A stretch of DNA of 64,000 bases from Octopus sinensis (Eukaryota): NCBI RefSeq assembly GCF_006345805.1, contig NC_043002.1:11966001-12030000 (forward strand), written 5' to 3'. A model generated the notes under the pieces. That model saw nothing but the letters and a program-made list of their open reading frames with translations, made no database searches and was not told where the DNA came from. Within the stretch, counting starts at the first letter, position 1. Each line of letters opens with the position of its first letter. Made by a program: the position numbers and the translations under genes. Shown here one piece after another: positions 1-12,331 of the stretch.

Positions 1-79
1 ATAAAAATATTGGAACCGTGGGGAGTTTTCTGAAAGAAGATGATATCATTGTTTAAGTAGCATCATGCAAAAACCTAGC

Positions 80-228
80 AGAGCATGAAATTTGGTGGAT
101 GGTGATAGTCATTTACATCGACCCCAATACTCAACTGGTACTTATTTTATCACCCCCACCCCGACAGGATTAAAAACAAAGTCGAACTCGGCGGAATTTG
201 AACTCAGAACGTGAAGGGAGACGAAATA
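80..228 (-). mobile_element. SINE family A fragment (tRNA head with B-box, conserved central domain)
   Basis: Minus strand reads CGTTCTGAGTTCAAATTCCGCCGAGTTCGACTTTG...GTACCAGTTGAGTATTGGGGTCGATG, matching many other copies in the window. Confidence 0.8.
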
Positions 229-260
229 AAAATATATAAATAAACGACAACAACAACAAT

Positions 261-452
261 AAAAATCTTGAGAAGTACATGGAACAAATAGAGGCTGCAA
301 TAAGGGTGGGGCACTTGTAGAAAACAGCACTGCTTGGAACCGTTGGAATACTCCTGCTGGTGTTCGAAAAATAAGAGGTGTTACCTAAGTTCACTGGTAG
401 TGAACAGCTGACACCGTAGTGCATCTCCAGCGTTGGAAGCTGTGCAAAGGCA
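261..452 (+). pseudogene. 3' end of an RLE-type (R4/Dong/NeSL-like) non-LTR retrotransposon, fragment 1
   Basis: Frame 261-374 translates KNLEKYMEQIEAAIRVGHL*KTALLGTVGILLLVFEK*, resembling the ..LQKTALLGTARILR.. C-terminus of RLE LINEs. The 3' UTR has a TTCAC-TGGTA-GTGAA hairpin and ends in (AAT)n. Confidence 0.7.
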
Positions 453-500
453 ATAAATAATAATAATAATGATGATAATGATAATGATAATAATAATAAT

Positions 501-873
501 ATAAAGCTCAGAAAATATAAAGACCTGCTCATTGAAATTGAGAAAATGTGGCATCTCAAGGCGGTTACAATACCAGTAATCGTAGGAGCACTAGGAATGA
601 TCAAGAAGGGAACCGAAAATTATATGAGAATGATCCCTGGCTTACCATCCCTGCAAGAAGTGCAAAAGATTGTCTTAACTGGTACATCACACGTATTGAG
701 AAGAGCATTGTCGATGTGAGAACTATTACTGCCCATGTATTTTAATTTAACCTTAAAAAAAAAATGAACGAACTATTGAGTTTGGTTTAATGGCCTACCA
801 ATGTATACTATGAGTTTCTTTGCCCTAGGAGTCGGCAAGAAATGGAAGCAAATTTGAAAGAAGAAGAAAAAAA
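501..873 (+). pseudogene. 3' end of an RLE-type (R4/Dong-like) non-LTR retrotransposon, fragment 2
   Basis: Frame 501-719 is open: IKLRKYKDLLIEIEKMWHLKAVTIPVIVGALGMIKKGTENYMRMIPGLPSLQEVQKIVLTGTSHVLRRALSM*. It carries the KY..L..E / P.IVGALG / QK..L.GT signature; this ORF is not in the supplied track. Flanked by (AAT)n on both sides. Confidence 0.85.
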
Positions 874-954
874 AATAATAATGATAACAATAGCAATAAC
901 AATAGCAATAACAATAACAACAACAACAATAACAACAACAACAACAACAACAAC

Positions 955-988
<34 letters not shown>
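874..988 (+). repeat. (AAT)n/(AAC)n microsatellite
   Basis: Direct reading. Confidence 0.95.
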
Positions 989-989
<1 letters not shown>

Positions 990-1099
990 GCATAGAGGTT
1001 CAGTTGCTCGAATGTTTCCACAGACACACCGATATATTTTTAAGTACATACGTACCCCCGTATATTTATATATTTCTCTCCCTGTTTATCTCGCTGTCT

Positions 1100-1182
<83 letters not shown>
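1100..1182. repeat. (TATC)n microsatellite
   Basis: Direct reading. Confidence 0.95.
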
Positions 1183-1354
1183 ACTGTTTGTCTATCCGTC
1201 ATTGTATGTATGGACACATACACACGCCCACACACACACACACATGTATATAAAATTAAATGATAAGGGTAGAAATTGATTTTAATCAATTAAAACCAGT
1301 GGCTTAGTATATTTAAAAAATCCGAAGATAAAAAATTGTTACGTACACAATTAA

Positions 1355-1567
1355 GAGGACACCTAATATGCTAAACATAGACGTCAAATGGCCATTACCA
1401 AATGGCGAAACCCCAAAATTTTAAAATGAGCAAGACAAATGAAAATATACAAAATAAAAAACGATTACCTATGTACCATTGGTTTCACCTGTTAATATGT
1501 AAGTATGCAATGGCGATTTAACGTCTATGTTTAGCATATTAGGTGTCCACTTTAGTGGTCATTCCTC
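1355..1567. mobile_element. MITE with TTAA target duplication and GAGG termini (Kolobok-like)
   Basis: TTAA at 1351-1354 and 1568-1571. The ends are inverted repeats sharing GGACACCTAATATGCTAAACATAGACGT; the left TIR has an internal deletion. Confidence 0.6.
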
Positions 1568-1856
1568 TTAATTTTGGATATATATATATTTATACAACGT
1601 ATGTATATGTATATATATATATAATACGTCAAGAATAACTATTGTTTCTTTCAAAAGAGACAAAGAGTTAAGAGGACTACAAGAAAAGAAGTGCTGAAAT
1701 AAATGAGGCAATTACAATTAAACATTGGTCATAGAACAAACATTAAAATGAGTTAACGATTTTATATAGGGTATCAAACCTCCATCATACATCATATATA
1801 AATAAATATTACCGTGTATTAATTGGTGAAGCCTTACTACTGAACTATTGGATGGA

Positions 1857-2193
1857 AGCACTCCGTCGGTTACGACGACGTGGGTTCCGGTTGATCCGAA
1901 TCAACGGAACAGCCTGCTCGTGAAATTAACGTGTGAGTGGCTGAGCACTCCACAGACACGTCACCCTTAACGTAGTTCTCGGGGATATTCAGCGTGACAC
2001 AGAGAGTGACAAGGCCGGCCCTTTGAAATACAGGTACAACAGAAACAGGAAGTAAGAGTGAGAGAAAGTTGTGGTGAAAGAGTACAGCAGGGATCACCAC
2101 CATCCCCTGCCGGAGCCTCGTGGAGCTTTAGGTGTTTTCGCTCAATAAACACTCACAACGCCCGGTCTGGGAATCGAAACCGCGATCCTATGA
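1857..2193 (-). mobile_element. SINE family C (tRNA head + central domain X + tail type 1)
   Basis: Minus strand has B-box GGTTTCGATTCC. Domain X is shared with 23762-24062 and 58625-58862; the tail is shared with 31470-31760 and 48015-48295. Confidence 0.8.
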
Positions 2194-2632
2194 CTGGGCC
2201 ATTGCGCCTCCATATTGAACTATTATTTTCTGTGTGGACGTAATTTTTTTTTATTAGAAAAAAGAAAAATTTTACTCATGGTTTATTACCTTTTGGTGTG
2301 AGTGAAGTAAATATAACTTTTAAGTCGATTTACTCTTTATATGTTTACCCGCTTTCTCAACTTTTTCAGCATGGCATATTTTTAGTATTTCAAAGCAGTT
2401 TATAAATTTTTAGTCGTCTTTTGATGGAACATTCCTATACGTGATTTCTTTTTCGCATGTGTGTATATTTTTAACTTGGTGGTTTTCTAAATTTGTATGT
2501 CTTATATATATTTTTATTTTGATTTATATATTATGAAAGCCATGGTAATATTTATTTATATATGATGTATGTTGGAGGCTTGATACCGTATATAGTCTTT
2601 AACTCATTTTCATTTTTGCTCTATGATCAATG

Positions 2633-2665
<33 letters not shown>

Positions 2666-2964
2666 GCGAGAAAGCTATAAAGTGTCGTGCGAATATCGAG
2701 ATGTGAGTGTAAGCTTCTTATAGGAAAAGTAATTGTAATCTAAGAAAAGTGATTACGTTAGATCTGTACTTTCGTTCTTCATCAATTGATACCGGATATT
2801 TAGTGAGTAGCGCTATACCTCCTCAAAATCATACATACACACAAATATATGTGCATTCCGCAAATTTAAGATATATAGAAATCTCGCTTTATGAGACGCT
2901 ATCATAGGTTAAATTCAAATTACGAAGTTTGCTATTTTAAATTTGCGGAAGAATTTGTGGCGTG

Positions 2965-3040
2965 GGCGGTTTAGCTTAATGGTTCAGAGCACCGCGACGC
3001 GTGATCACGGCGGTGTGAGTTCGAGTCTCATAGCCTGCCG
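2965..3040 (+). tRNA. tRNA-like gene or pseudogene, isotype uncertain
   Basis: Cloverleaf by eye: acceptor GGCGGTT/AGCC(T)GCC, D-arm GCTT..GAGC, T-arm GTGAG-TTCGAGT-CTCAT. The anticodon loop CGCGTGA is non-canonical. A T8 run follows at 3048-3055. Confidence 0.5.
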
Positions 3041-3600
3041 CCAACACTTTTTTTTCTGCAAAATAGAGGTAGCTTATCCTGTTCAGGCTATAGTATTAGC
3101 ATTATCCTGCGTTTGTGAATTTAAAATCACTTCTTTCTCTGAGACATCTCAACGCTTCTAAAGCAAACTTCGATTATTTGCTTACGTTCATCATAATTTG
3201 AGTTTAAATATATATAACAATAGAACTGATATATAAGCTTTGTACTTATATAGAAAAGCAATCGGGCGGGCTTCTGTAGCGAGTCGCGTAATATCTTTCA
3301 ATCGCTCAGGTTAAGAACAGAAATAATGATAAGATTCGAAGATCGTATATTCTTTTCTTTTTTTTTCTCTTTTACTTACTTCAGTCATTTGACTACGGCC
3401 ATGCTGGGGCACTGCCTTCAGTCGAACGAATCGACCCCAGGACTTATGCTCTGTAAGTCTAGTACTTATTCTATCGTTGGGTTATGCCGAACCGCTAGGT
3501 TACGGGGTCATAAACACACCAACCTCAGTTGTCAAGCGACGGTGGGGGTAAAGACAGATACACAAACATATACACACACATACATTCATACATACATACA

Positions 3601-3680
<80 letters not shown>

Positions 3681-3682
<2 letters not shown>

Positions 3683-4119
3683 ACATAAGGGACATTAGCC
3701 ATTTGAATGTGGGTAGGGACAGGGCAGGGCGGTGGGGGTGTTACTGATGCATTTAGCCCCAGGTGATCATCAACGTCACCAGATAGGCTGACACCATCAC
3801 GGTGTCCTCTATCCTGCAAAGGGAGATCATTCCCCGAAGAAGCGGATGCCACATACGGACCCAGGTTTCAAGTTATTTGCCTATCGTCAACGTATGGCAG
3901 GCACCGCTCCTCGACGAACAACTCCCTGTGCAGGATATTTATATATAGATTTTCACGCTTCTTCAGGGAATGATCTCCCTTTGCAGGATAGAGGACACCG
4001 TGATGGTGTCAGCCTATCTGGTGACGTTGATGATCGCCTGGGGCTAAATGCATCAGTAACACCCCCACCGCCCTGCCCTGTCCCTACCCACATTCAAATG
4101 GCTAATGTCCCTTATGTGG
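3681..4119. mobile_element. MITE with 164-bp TIRs in a (TA)n tract, copy 1
   Basis: 3681-3844 and 3956-4119 are inverted repeats (two mismatches seen); termini are TA|CCACATAAGG...CCTTATGTGG|TA. Confidence 0.85.
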
Positions 4120-4170
<51 letters not shown>

Positions 4171-4172
<2 letters not shown>

Positions 4173-4608
4173 ACATAAGGGACATTAGCCATTTGAATGT
4201 GGGTAGGGACAGGGCAGGGCGGTGGGGGTGTTACTGATGCATTTAGCCCCAGGTGATCATCAACGTCACCAGATAGGCTGACACCATCACGGTGTCCTCT
4301 ATCCTGCAAAGGGAGATCATTCCCCGAAGAAGCGGATGCCACATACGGACCCAGGTTCAAGTTATTTGCCTATCGTCAACGTATGGCAGGCACCGCTCCT
4401 CGACGAACAACTCCCTGTGCAGGATATTTATATATAGATTTTCACGCTTCTTCAGGGAATGATCTCCCTTTGCAGGATAGAGGACACCGTGATGGTGTCA
4501 GCCTATCTGGTGACGTTGATGATCGCCTGGGGCTAAATGCATCAGTAACACCCCCACCGCCCTGCCCTGTCCCTACCCACATTCAAATGGCTAATGTCCC
4601 TTATGTGG
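4171..4608. mobile_element. MITE with 164-bp TIRs, copy 2 (same orientation as copy 1)
   Basis: Matches 3681-4119 except one T in the spacer; separated from it by (TA)n. Confidence 0.85.
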
Positions 4609-4674
<66 letters not shown>

Positions 4675-5280
4675 TGAATGTATGTGTGTGTATATGTTTG
4701 TGTATCTGTCTTTACCCCCACCGTCGCTTGACAACTGAGGTTGGTGTGTTTGTGACCCCGTAACCTAGCGGTTCGGCAAAACCCAACGTACCATGTGGTT
4801 TGGGAAGCAAGCTTCTTAGCACACAGCCACGCCTCCGCCTATATAGATAAATTCTCCAAACCTATTATGTAACACTACATAATATGTATAATGCATAACG
4901 CATTCATTTTCCCGTGAGCCTCTGTTCTAAGTAACAGAGTCTTGAATAAACTATAAACAAACACAAGTCCCTCGGGAGCGGGGAGCCCTAAGGGCTGAGC
5001 TTTTGCATGAGTTCTTCAATGTTCTTTAACATGAAAATTATTGCGTTCTCCCGTCTGTTTACTACATTGGAAAACTAAGAATAGGTCCTTGCAGGTACAT
5101 CAACCTCACAGATTCTATCCATTTTTAAACCACATGCCGTAGTGAGCATTCAACACCTGTTTTTTCCTGTAACCTTATATACTTCTTCGATTTTACACTA
5201 TTTTTTATCCACTCTGTTGTCCCTGTCACTGTCGGTTTTGTTACATCTGTTGTTGCTGCTGTTGAGCTGTTGCTGTTGAG

Positions 5281-5447
5281 CTAACGGTCTTCGTCCCAGA
5301 GCCCGCAAGATGGGAGGAGTCCGAAACGTGGTCCTTTGCTATTCGTAAGACCCGCAGAAGAGAAAGCAGGTCAACCCCCGACACCGCGAGCATCGACGGA
5401 TGGATGAATGCGCATTCAGGCTCAGCGGTTACGTAGGAAGTCGGGGC
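5281..5447. repeat. GC-rich structured island embedded in (GTT/GCT)n, probable retroelement end
   Basis: Nested complementary segments CCCCGAC/GTCGGGG, ACCGC/GCGGT, GAGC/GCTC, TGAATG/CATTCA; trinucleotide repeats on both sides. Confidence 0.4.
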
Positions 5448-5456
5448 TGTTGCTGC

Positions 5457-5487
<31 letters not shown>

Positions 5488-5689
5488 AAGCAACAAGACG
5501 AGTAAGGGTGATTAGGTGGTGGTCTAGGGATTAGAGGCGGGAGACACCAGACCTTGGAAAAAAAATCTTTGGTCGTCTTGTTGTAGTCGAAGGCTCTTCG
5601 TTGACGCCCGACACCACTGGGAGGTGGTCCTCGAAGTCGCTGGAAATGGAGATCTCCAGGTCCAAATTCTTGAACGGCTGTTGTTGCTG

Positions 5690-6000
5690 CTGCTGCTGCT
5701 GTTGGTTCTTCTTCTTCTTTTTCTTCTTCTTCGCCTCTTCATTTCTTTCCTCTTTATCACCACCATCACCTTCATCATCATCTTTTAATTCTTATCATCC
5801 ACCTACTCCTCCTTGTCTGCCTTCTCCTCAGCAACCTTTTCTTTCAGTCTTCCTTCCTTCCTTGCATCTTCATCCTAATCATCATCACTATCATCATCTC
5901 TTCTTCTTCTTCTTCTCTTCTTCTTCTTCTTCTTCTTCTTCTTCTTCTTCTTCTTCTTCTTTTCTTCTTCTTCTTTCCCCTCTTCCTTCTGCTCCTCCTC
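5690..6000. repeat. (CTT)n-rich polypyrimidine tract
   Basis: Direct reading. Confidence 0.9.
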
Positions 6001-6744
6001 CTATCCCACCCTCACCGCACCCGTCAGCTTCCTTCAGCATTATTTCTCTATTTGATGAATCACTTTCCAGTGCCAGGCCAGACTGTTGTCTCCATATTCG
6101 ACATCAACTGATAATCAGGGGTATTAAGGTGGCAGAAAGAGAGAGAGGACGAGAGAGCGAGAGAGAAAGAGATAAAGAAGGAAAGAACGAAAGGAAGAAA
6201 GAAAGAAAGAAAGAGGAGTGGGCAGGAGGAGGGGAAGCAAGATCAAGACAAGCAGCAGGGTGAGTTGGTGAGCCATCCCCATTTTCTCTAATCTGATGAC
6301 CGCCCATCAGGACATTTCATATCTCTTTTACTCCTTCCATCAAACTGTTGATAGTTTCTTTTATCATTAACAGAAAAAAACGCCTCACACTTACATAAAA
6401 CAAAATTAGAAAAATGAAAGTAAAAAAAAAAAAAAAAATAATGGAAAGAGAGAGAGAAGAAGATAAACAGTTGATAATTACAACAAAAACCACCATGATG
6501 TGAGATAGACTGCTTCACCCTTCATTTCAGAGGTAAAAGAAATAGCAACTAATATATATGATGTATTTAATATATATGATGAAGTAAATTACATTTCAAT
6601 GAGGTTCATATATTATATATAAAGATAGACCGAGGGAGCAAGCATTGGGTACTCTGGTTGTCAAAACCACATTGTTGACAAAAAGAGGGAAAATAAAATA
6701 AAAATCATAACGACTTGTGGGTTTGCCACGATTATATTTTATCT

Positions 6745-8170
<1,426 letters not shown>

Positions 8171-8959
8171 GAAGATAATATTCTATATTGTTGTATTTCG
8201 GAATGGTCATTTTGCCAATTTAGCCAATAAAAACACAGGCACTATATATTTGGTGTTACTTTGCTTCAGTGTTATTTATTTTTTACATTAAACTTAATCT
8301 TATTTCGGCTAGAGTTCTTTCGTCACACTCCTGTGACCGCATCAGTGTGCCTTTGCTTTCTTCTTTCTTATTTGTGTGTCTCTCCTTACTAACCATCAGT
8401 CATTTATTATTCAGTATTCTATATTAAATTATCAATAATATTTTGATATCTATTTTCAAAAGTATTTTACAATACTTTATCAAATTTACATATTTTTCTT
8501 GATATTTTATTGGAATTATATTAACTTTTGGAATCCTGTGTCATCATAAGACCAATTCATGACACCATTAATCCCTTAGAATTCGATGTCTAATGCTGTA
8601 AATTCAACATTCAATTGTTAAATTCGCTATTGACACTGTCTTAAGTCGTTGACATTGCTCTCACTGTAGATTGTTGAATCAAATTTTCATAGATTTCACT
8701 GATATATTTATTGTTAAGAACCATGTTATTTATTAGTTTTAATTTGGATTTTTTTCTAGATGCTATCAGGTAGTGATGAAATAATCACGAAACTTTTGAG
8801 TCGAAGAAAAAAAAGATTCTTATCTCTTTCTGTTTTATTGTTTAACCCCAGGTCAGATATTATCGAAGAGAAGTTATGATGAAAAATTTTACTATCGTGA
8901 ACATTTTGATTCTTTTCAATCAGACTGTTTTATTTTTAATAAATCGTCGAGATTCGAAA

Positions 8960-9315
8960 CGATAGCTTGGCTGAGGTATTGTTTTCAGTCGCGTTTGTTT
9001 GTTTGCTTGTTTGTCCGTGGACAAGATATCTCAAGAACCTTTGGATAGATTCGGATGAAACTTTGAGGGATGTTTTACCTTGTGACTGGCACGAACTGAT
9101 CAGATTTTGATTTCGATCCGGTACCGAAAAGGATTCTGGAATATTTTCCCGTTTTTTGTTGCTTAATTTTTGAGAGCGGTCGGTTTCATTTTTAGTATTC
9201 TTGTTTGTGAGAGCAGCAGAGTTTAGTTCAGATATTCTCATTTAAAAAATCACCTTAGACTAATCGCTCAGAGGACGTTGGCGGAGGTTTGCACTCTTTG
9301 AGTGCTTTTCTTATT
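8960..9315 (+). mobile_element. Non-autonomous Helentron-associated (HINE/DINE-1-like) element
   Basis: Has a TTGGCGGAGG subterminal motif near each end (left one degenerate), an internal (GTTT)n run, and a 3' hairpin GCACTC-TTT-GAGTGC followed by a T-run. Confidence 0.5.
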
Positions 9316-9344
9316 CTTAATAGTTTCCGAACGTTCCAACGGAA

Positions 9345-9752
9345 ATATTCTTTTATTCTTTTATTCTTTTACTTGTTTAAGTCATTTGACTGCGGCCGTG
9401 CTGGAGCACCGCCTTTAGTCGAGCAAACCGACCCCAGGACTTATTCTTTGTAAGCCTAGTATTTATTCTATCGGTCTCTTTTGCCGAACCGCTAAGTTAC
9501 GGGGACGTAAACACACCAGCATTGGTTGTCAAGCGATGTTGGGAGAACAAACACAGACACACAAACATATACATACACATATATACATACATATGACGGG
9601 CTTCTTTCAGTTTCCGTCTACCAAATCCACTCACAAGGCTTTGGTCGGCCCAAGGCTATAGTAGAAGACACTTGCCCAAGGTGCCACGCAGTGGGACTGA
9701 ACCCTGAACCATGTGGTTGGTAAGCAAGCTACTTACCACACAGCCACTCCTG
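9345..9752 (-). mobile_element. SINE family B, full length (tRNA head, CORE-like domain, LINE-derived 3' tail)
   Basis: Minus strand: GGCTGTGTGGTAAG..GGGTTCAGTCCCACTGCGTGGCACCTTGGGCAAGTGTCTTCTACTATAGCC...GGCGGTGCTCCAGCACGGCCGCAGTCAAATGACT..(AAAAGAAT)n. Confidence 0.9.
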
Positions 9753-10474
9753 TTAATAAGTGTTATGTTTCGTCACAGCGCATCTCATTTACGGTGAATG
9801 CTTGTTCAAAACGCACTCAATTAATTAACGGAAGGGATACTGGGACAACCATTGTTGCGTCACATCAGCATCAAATGTCATAAAACTAACAATACACTTG
9901 TTTATATCTCCAGCAACTGTTTGTTCGCTGATTCGTGTAACTCGAGGTTATTAACAAGACCATCAATTCTTATCAGATTCATTAGCCGGGGATGCTTCTA
10001 GCTGACGAAAAACCGGTTTTCCCAGCATCCTTTGAGCAATGAATCGAGTGTGTTATAAACAAATACATTCGCCGTAAAGGAATTCTTCCGTGACGAAGCA
10101 CAACACCGATAAGCATATTCACGTTCGAATCTGACGGAACGTATTAAGACTGAACATGCAACTCTCTGTATTACTTTTTCCTATTTCAAAATGGACTCTG
10201 AGCCCCATCAGATTCCATCTTGAAATACATACATACATGCATACATACATATATATACATACGTATACTTGAGTGTAAATGATCATGTCTAGATGTGCAA
10301 CTGTATGTATGAGAATACATGCATAAAACAAAACATACTGATCCGTTCATATACATACGTACAAATATAACCTGTTGATGTTGTTCAAATTTTAATGAAA
10401 GAGCCTTGGATTTAGGTTAGAAACCGGTTCCTTCTCTATTAGCAAGAAATCGGGAAATGAAACCTGAATAGTGA

Positions 10475-10612
10475 CATACATACATACATACATGTATGTA
10501 TGTATGTATGTATGTATGTATGTATGTTGTATGTATGTATGTATGTATGTATGTATGTATCTATCTATTATCTATCTATCTCTATCTCTCTCTCCCTCTC
10601 TTTTCTCTCTCA

Positions 10613-10653
<41 letters not shown>

Positions 10654-10721
10654 CATACATATGTACATATATATATATATTTATATACATGCATATATCG
10701 ATGTATACACACACACACATA

Positions 10722-10768
<47 letters not shown>

Positions 10769-10809
10769 GTATGTATGTATATAAATTACATATATGTAAA
10801 TGTATATAC

Positions 10810-10895
<86 letters not shown>

Positions 10896-10975
10896 CCTGT
10901 ATGTATGTATATGCATTTCCATCTACCTATCTACCAACCTACCTACCTACCTACTTACCTACCTATCTATCTGTA
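10475..10975. repeat. Compound microsatellite (TACA/TATG/CT/TA/CA/TACC)
   Basis: Direct reading. Confidence 0.95.
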
Positions 10976-12291
10976 TACATTTTCAGTAAAGAGTTTATAT
11001 TCTCTTTTTTTACTTGCTACACACACACACACACGCTTGCACAAACCCACGCATACACACACACATGCATGCATGCATAGCGACACTACGTACGCAGAAA
11101 ATTACATCCTTACATTTTACTGGCCAGAATTCCGAAATTTAGAATACAACACACATTGAACCAAATGAAATCCATTAAGAGAGTTTAATATATTTTATAG
11201 TAATCGGATGAGAGCTGAATTCGATAGATACTAGAAACCATCGCAATCTGAAACATCATTTGGGGAATTCAACGAGACAATTAAATACACAATATGGCGT
11301 CCAGCTATCTGCGGTATCTCCCTGGTTTAGATATCTTGAAGATGTTGTTAACAAGACACAGCTTGATATGATGACCGACTAGGCACAACATGAAATTGGT
11401 AATTAAATAGACATAACTTATAAATGCCACGTGATAATACACAATCTATAGATATCGAGGAGACAGGCCTTCACAGAAACCAAGTAGATGGACTCGCTGT
11501 GTTTAATTGCTCTGTGTAGTTCTTGCTTTTTCACTCTCTTCTCCCTCTCTGTATATTCACACATACACATACTACCTCACAGTCAGACACATACAGACAT
11601 ATACCATATATCAATTATCTTCTGTGTGTTTCAGTCACTGGACGGCAGCCATGCTGGGGCACCACCCTGAAGGTCTAGCCGAGAAAATCGAACCAAGTAT
11701 TTATTTTTTTTTAAAATCTGGTACTTATTTTCTTTTGTCGAATCGCTGAGTCAAGGGGCGTTACAAAACCAACACTTGATGCCGAGCGGTGGTGGTGGAT
11801 TAAATAAATACACAAGTTCATAAACATGCACGATACCGCTTCCGCATAGTTTCCACTAACCAATATCACTCAGAAGGCATCGGACGACCTGGTATTACAA
11901 TCGAAGTCACCAACATGCCAGGCAGTAAGACTCAATCCGAAAGCACCTGTTAGTAAAGCTAAATTCTACACCAAACACCCATGCCCAGACCTCAGTTCCC
12001 GCACACACGCACACACATACATACATACATACATACATACACACATACATACATACATACATATATATATATATATACAGATATATTTATCAAAAGAAAA
12101 AACAGGATGCAAAGGATTTTGCGCTACATATGTTTCTGGCTTTATTGAGCAATTTATATCAATGCATAATTGATATAACATGTAGGTCAACAGCCTTCTT
12201 CAGCCTTCTTACATTATAGCAGGTTTGAGAAGAAGTTTGGGAATAAAAGGTAGATAGATGGATAGATAGATAGATAAATAGATAGATAGAA

Positions 12292-12331
<40 letters not shown>

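Larger units (their letters stand above)
3349..4840 (-). mobile_element. SINE family B (CORE-type) copy disrupted by MITE insertions and an inversion
   Basis: 3' tail and body lie at 3349-3620 and the tRNA-head remnant at 4790-4840; the middle is replaced by MITEs and an inverted copy of the body. Confidence 0.75.

Noticed and set aside
3586-4763. Four ORFs sharing SSGNDLPLQDRGHRDGVSLSGD, which look like a repeated gene family
   Set aside because: They are the same MITE TIR read four times on alternating strands and run into TA repeats
5601-6263. 220-aa ORF with Cys/Phe/Ser/His runs
   Set aside because: Built from (GCT)n, (CTT)n, (CAT)n and (GA)n repeats; no domain
6292-6312. CTGATGA motif as a possible hammerhead core
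   Set aside because: It is one arm of a small CTGATG/CATCAG hairpin; no GAAA or stem III follows
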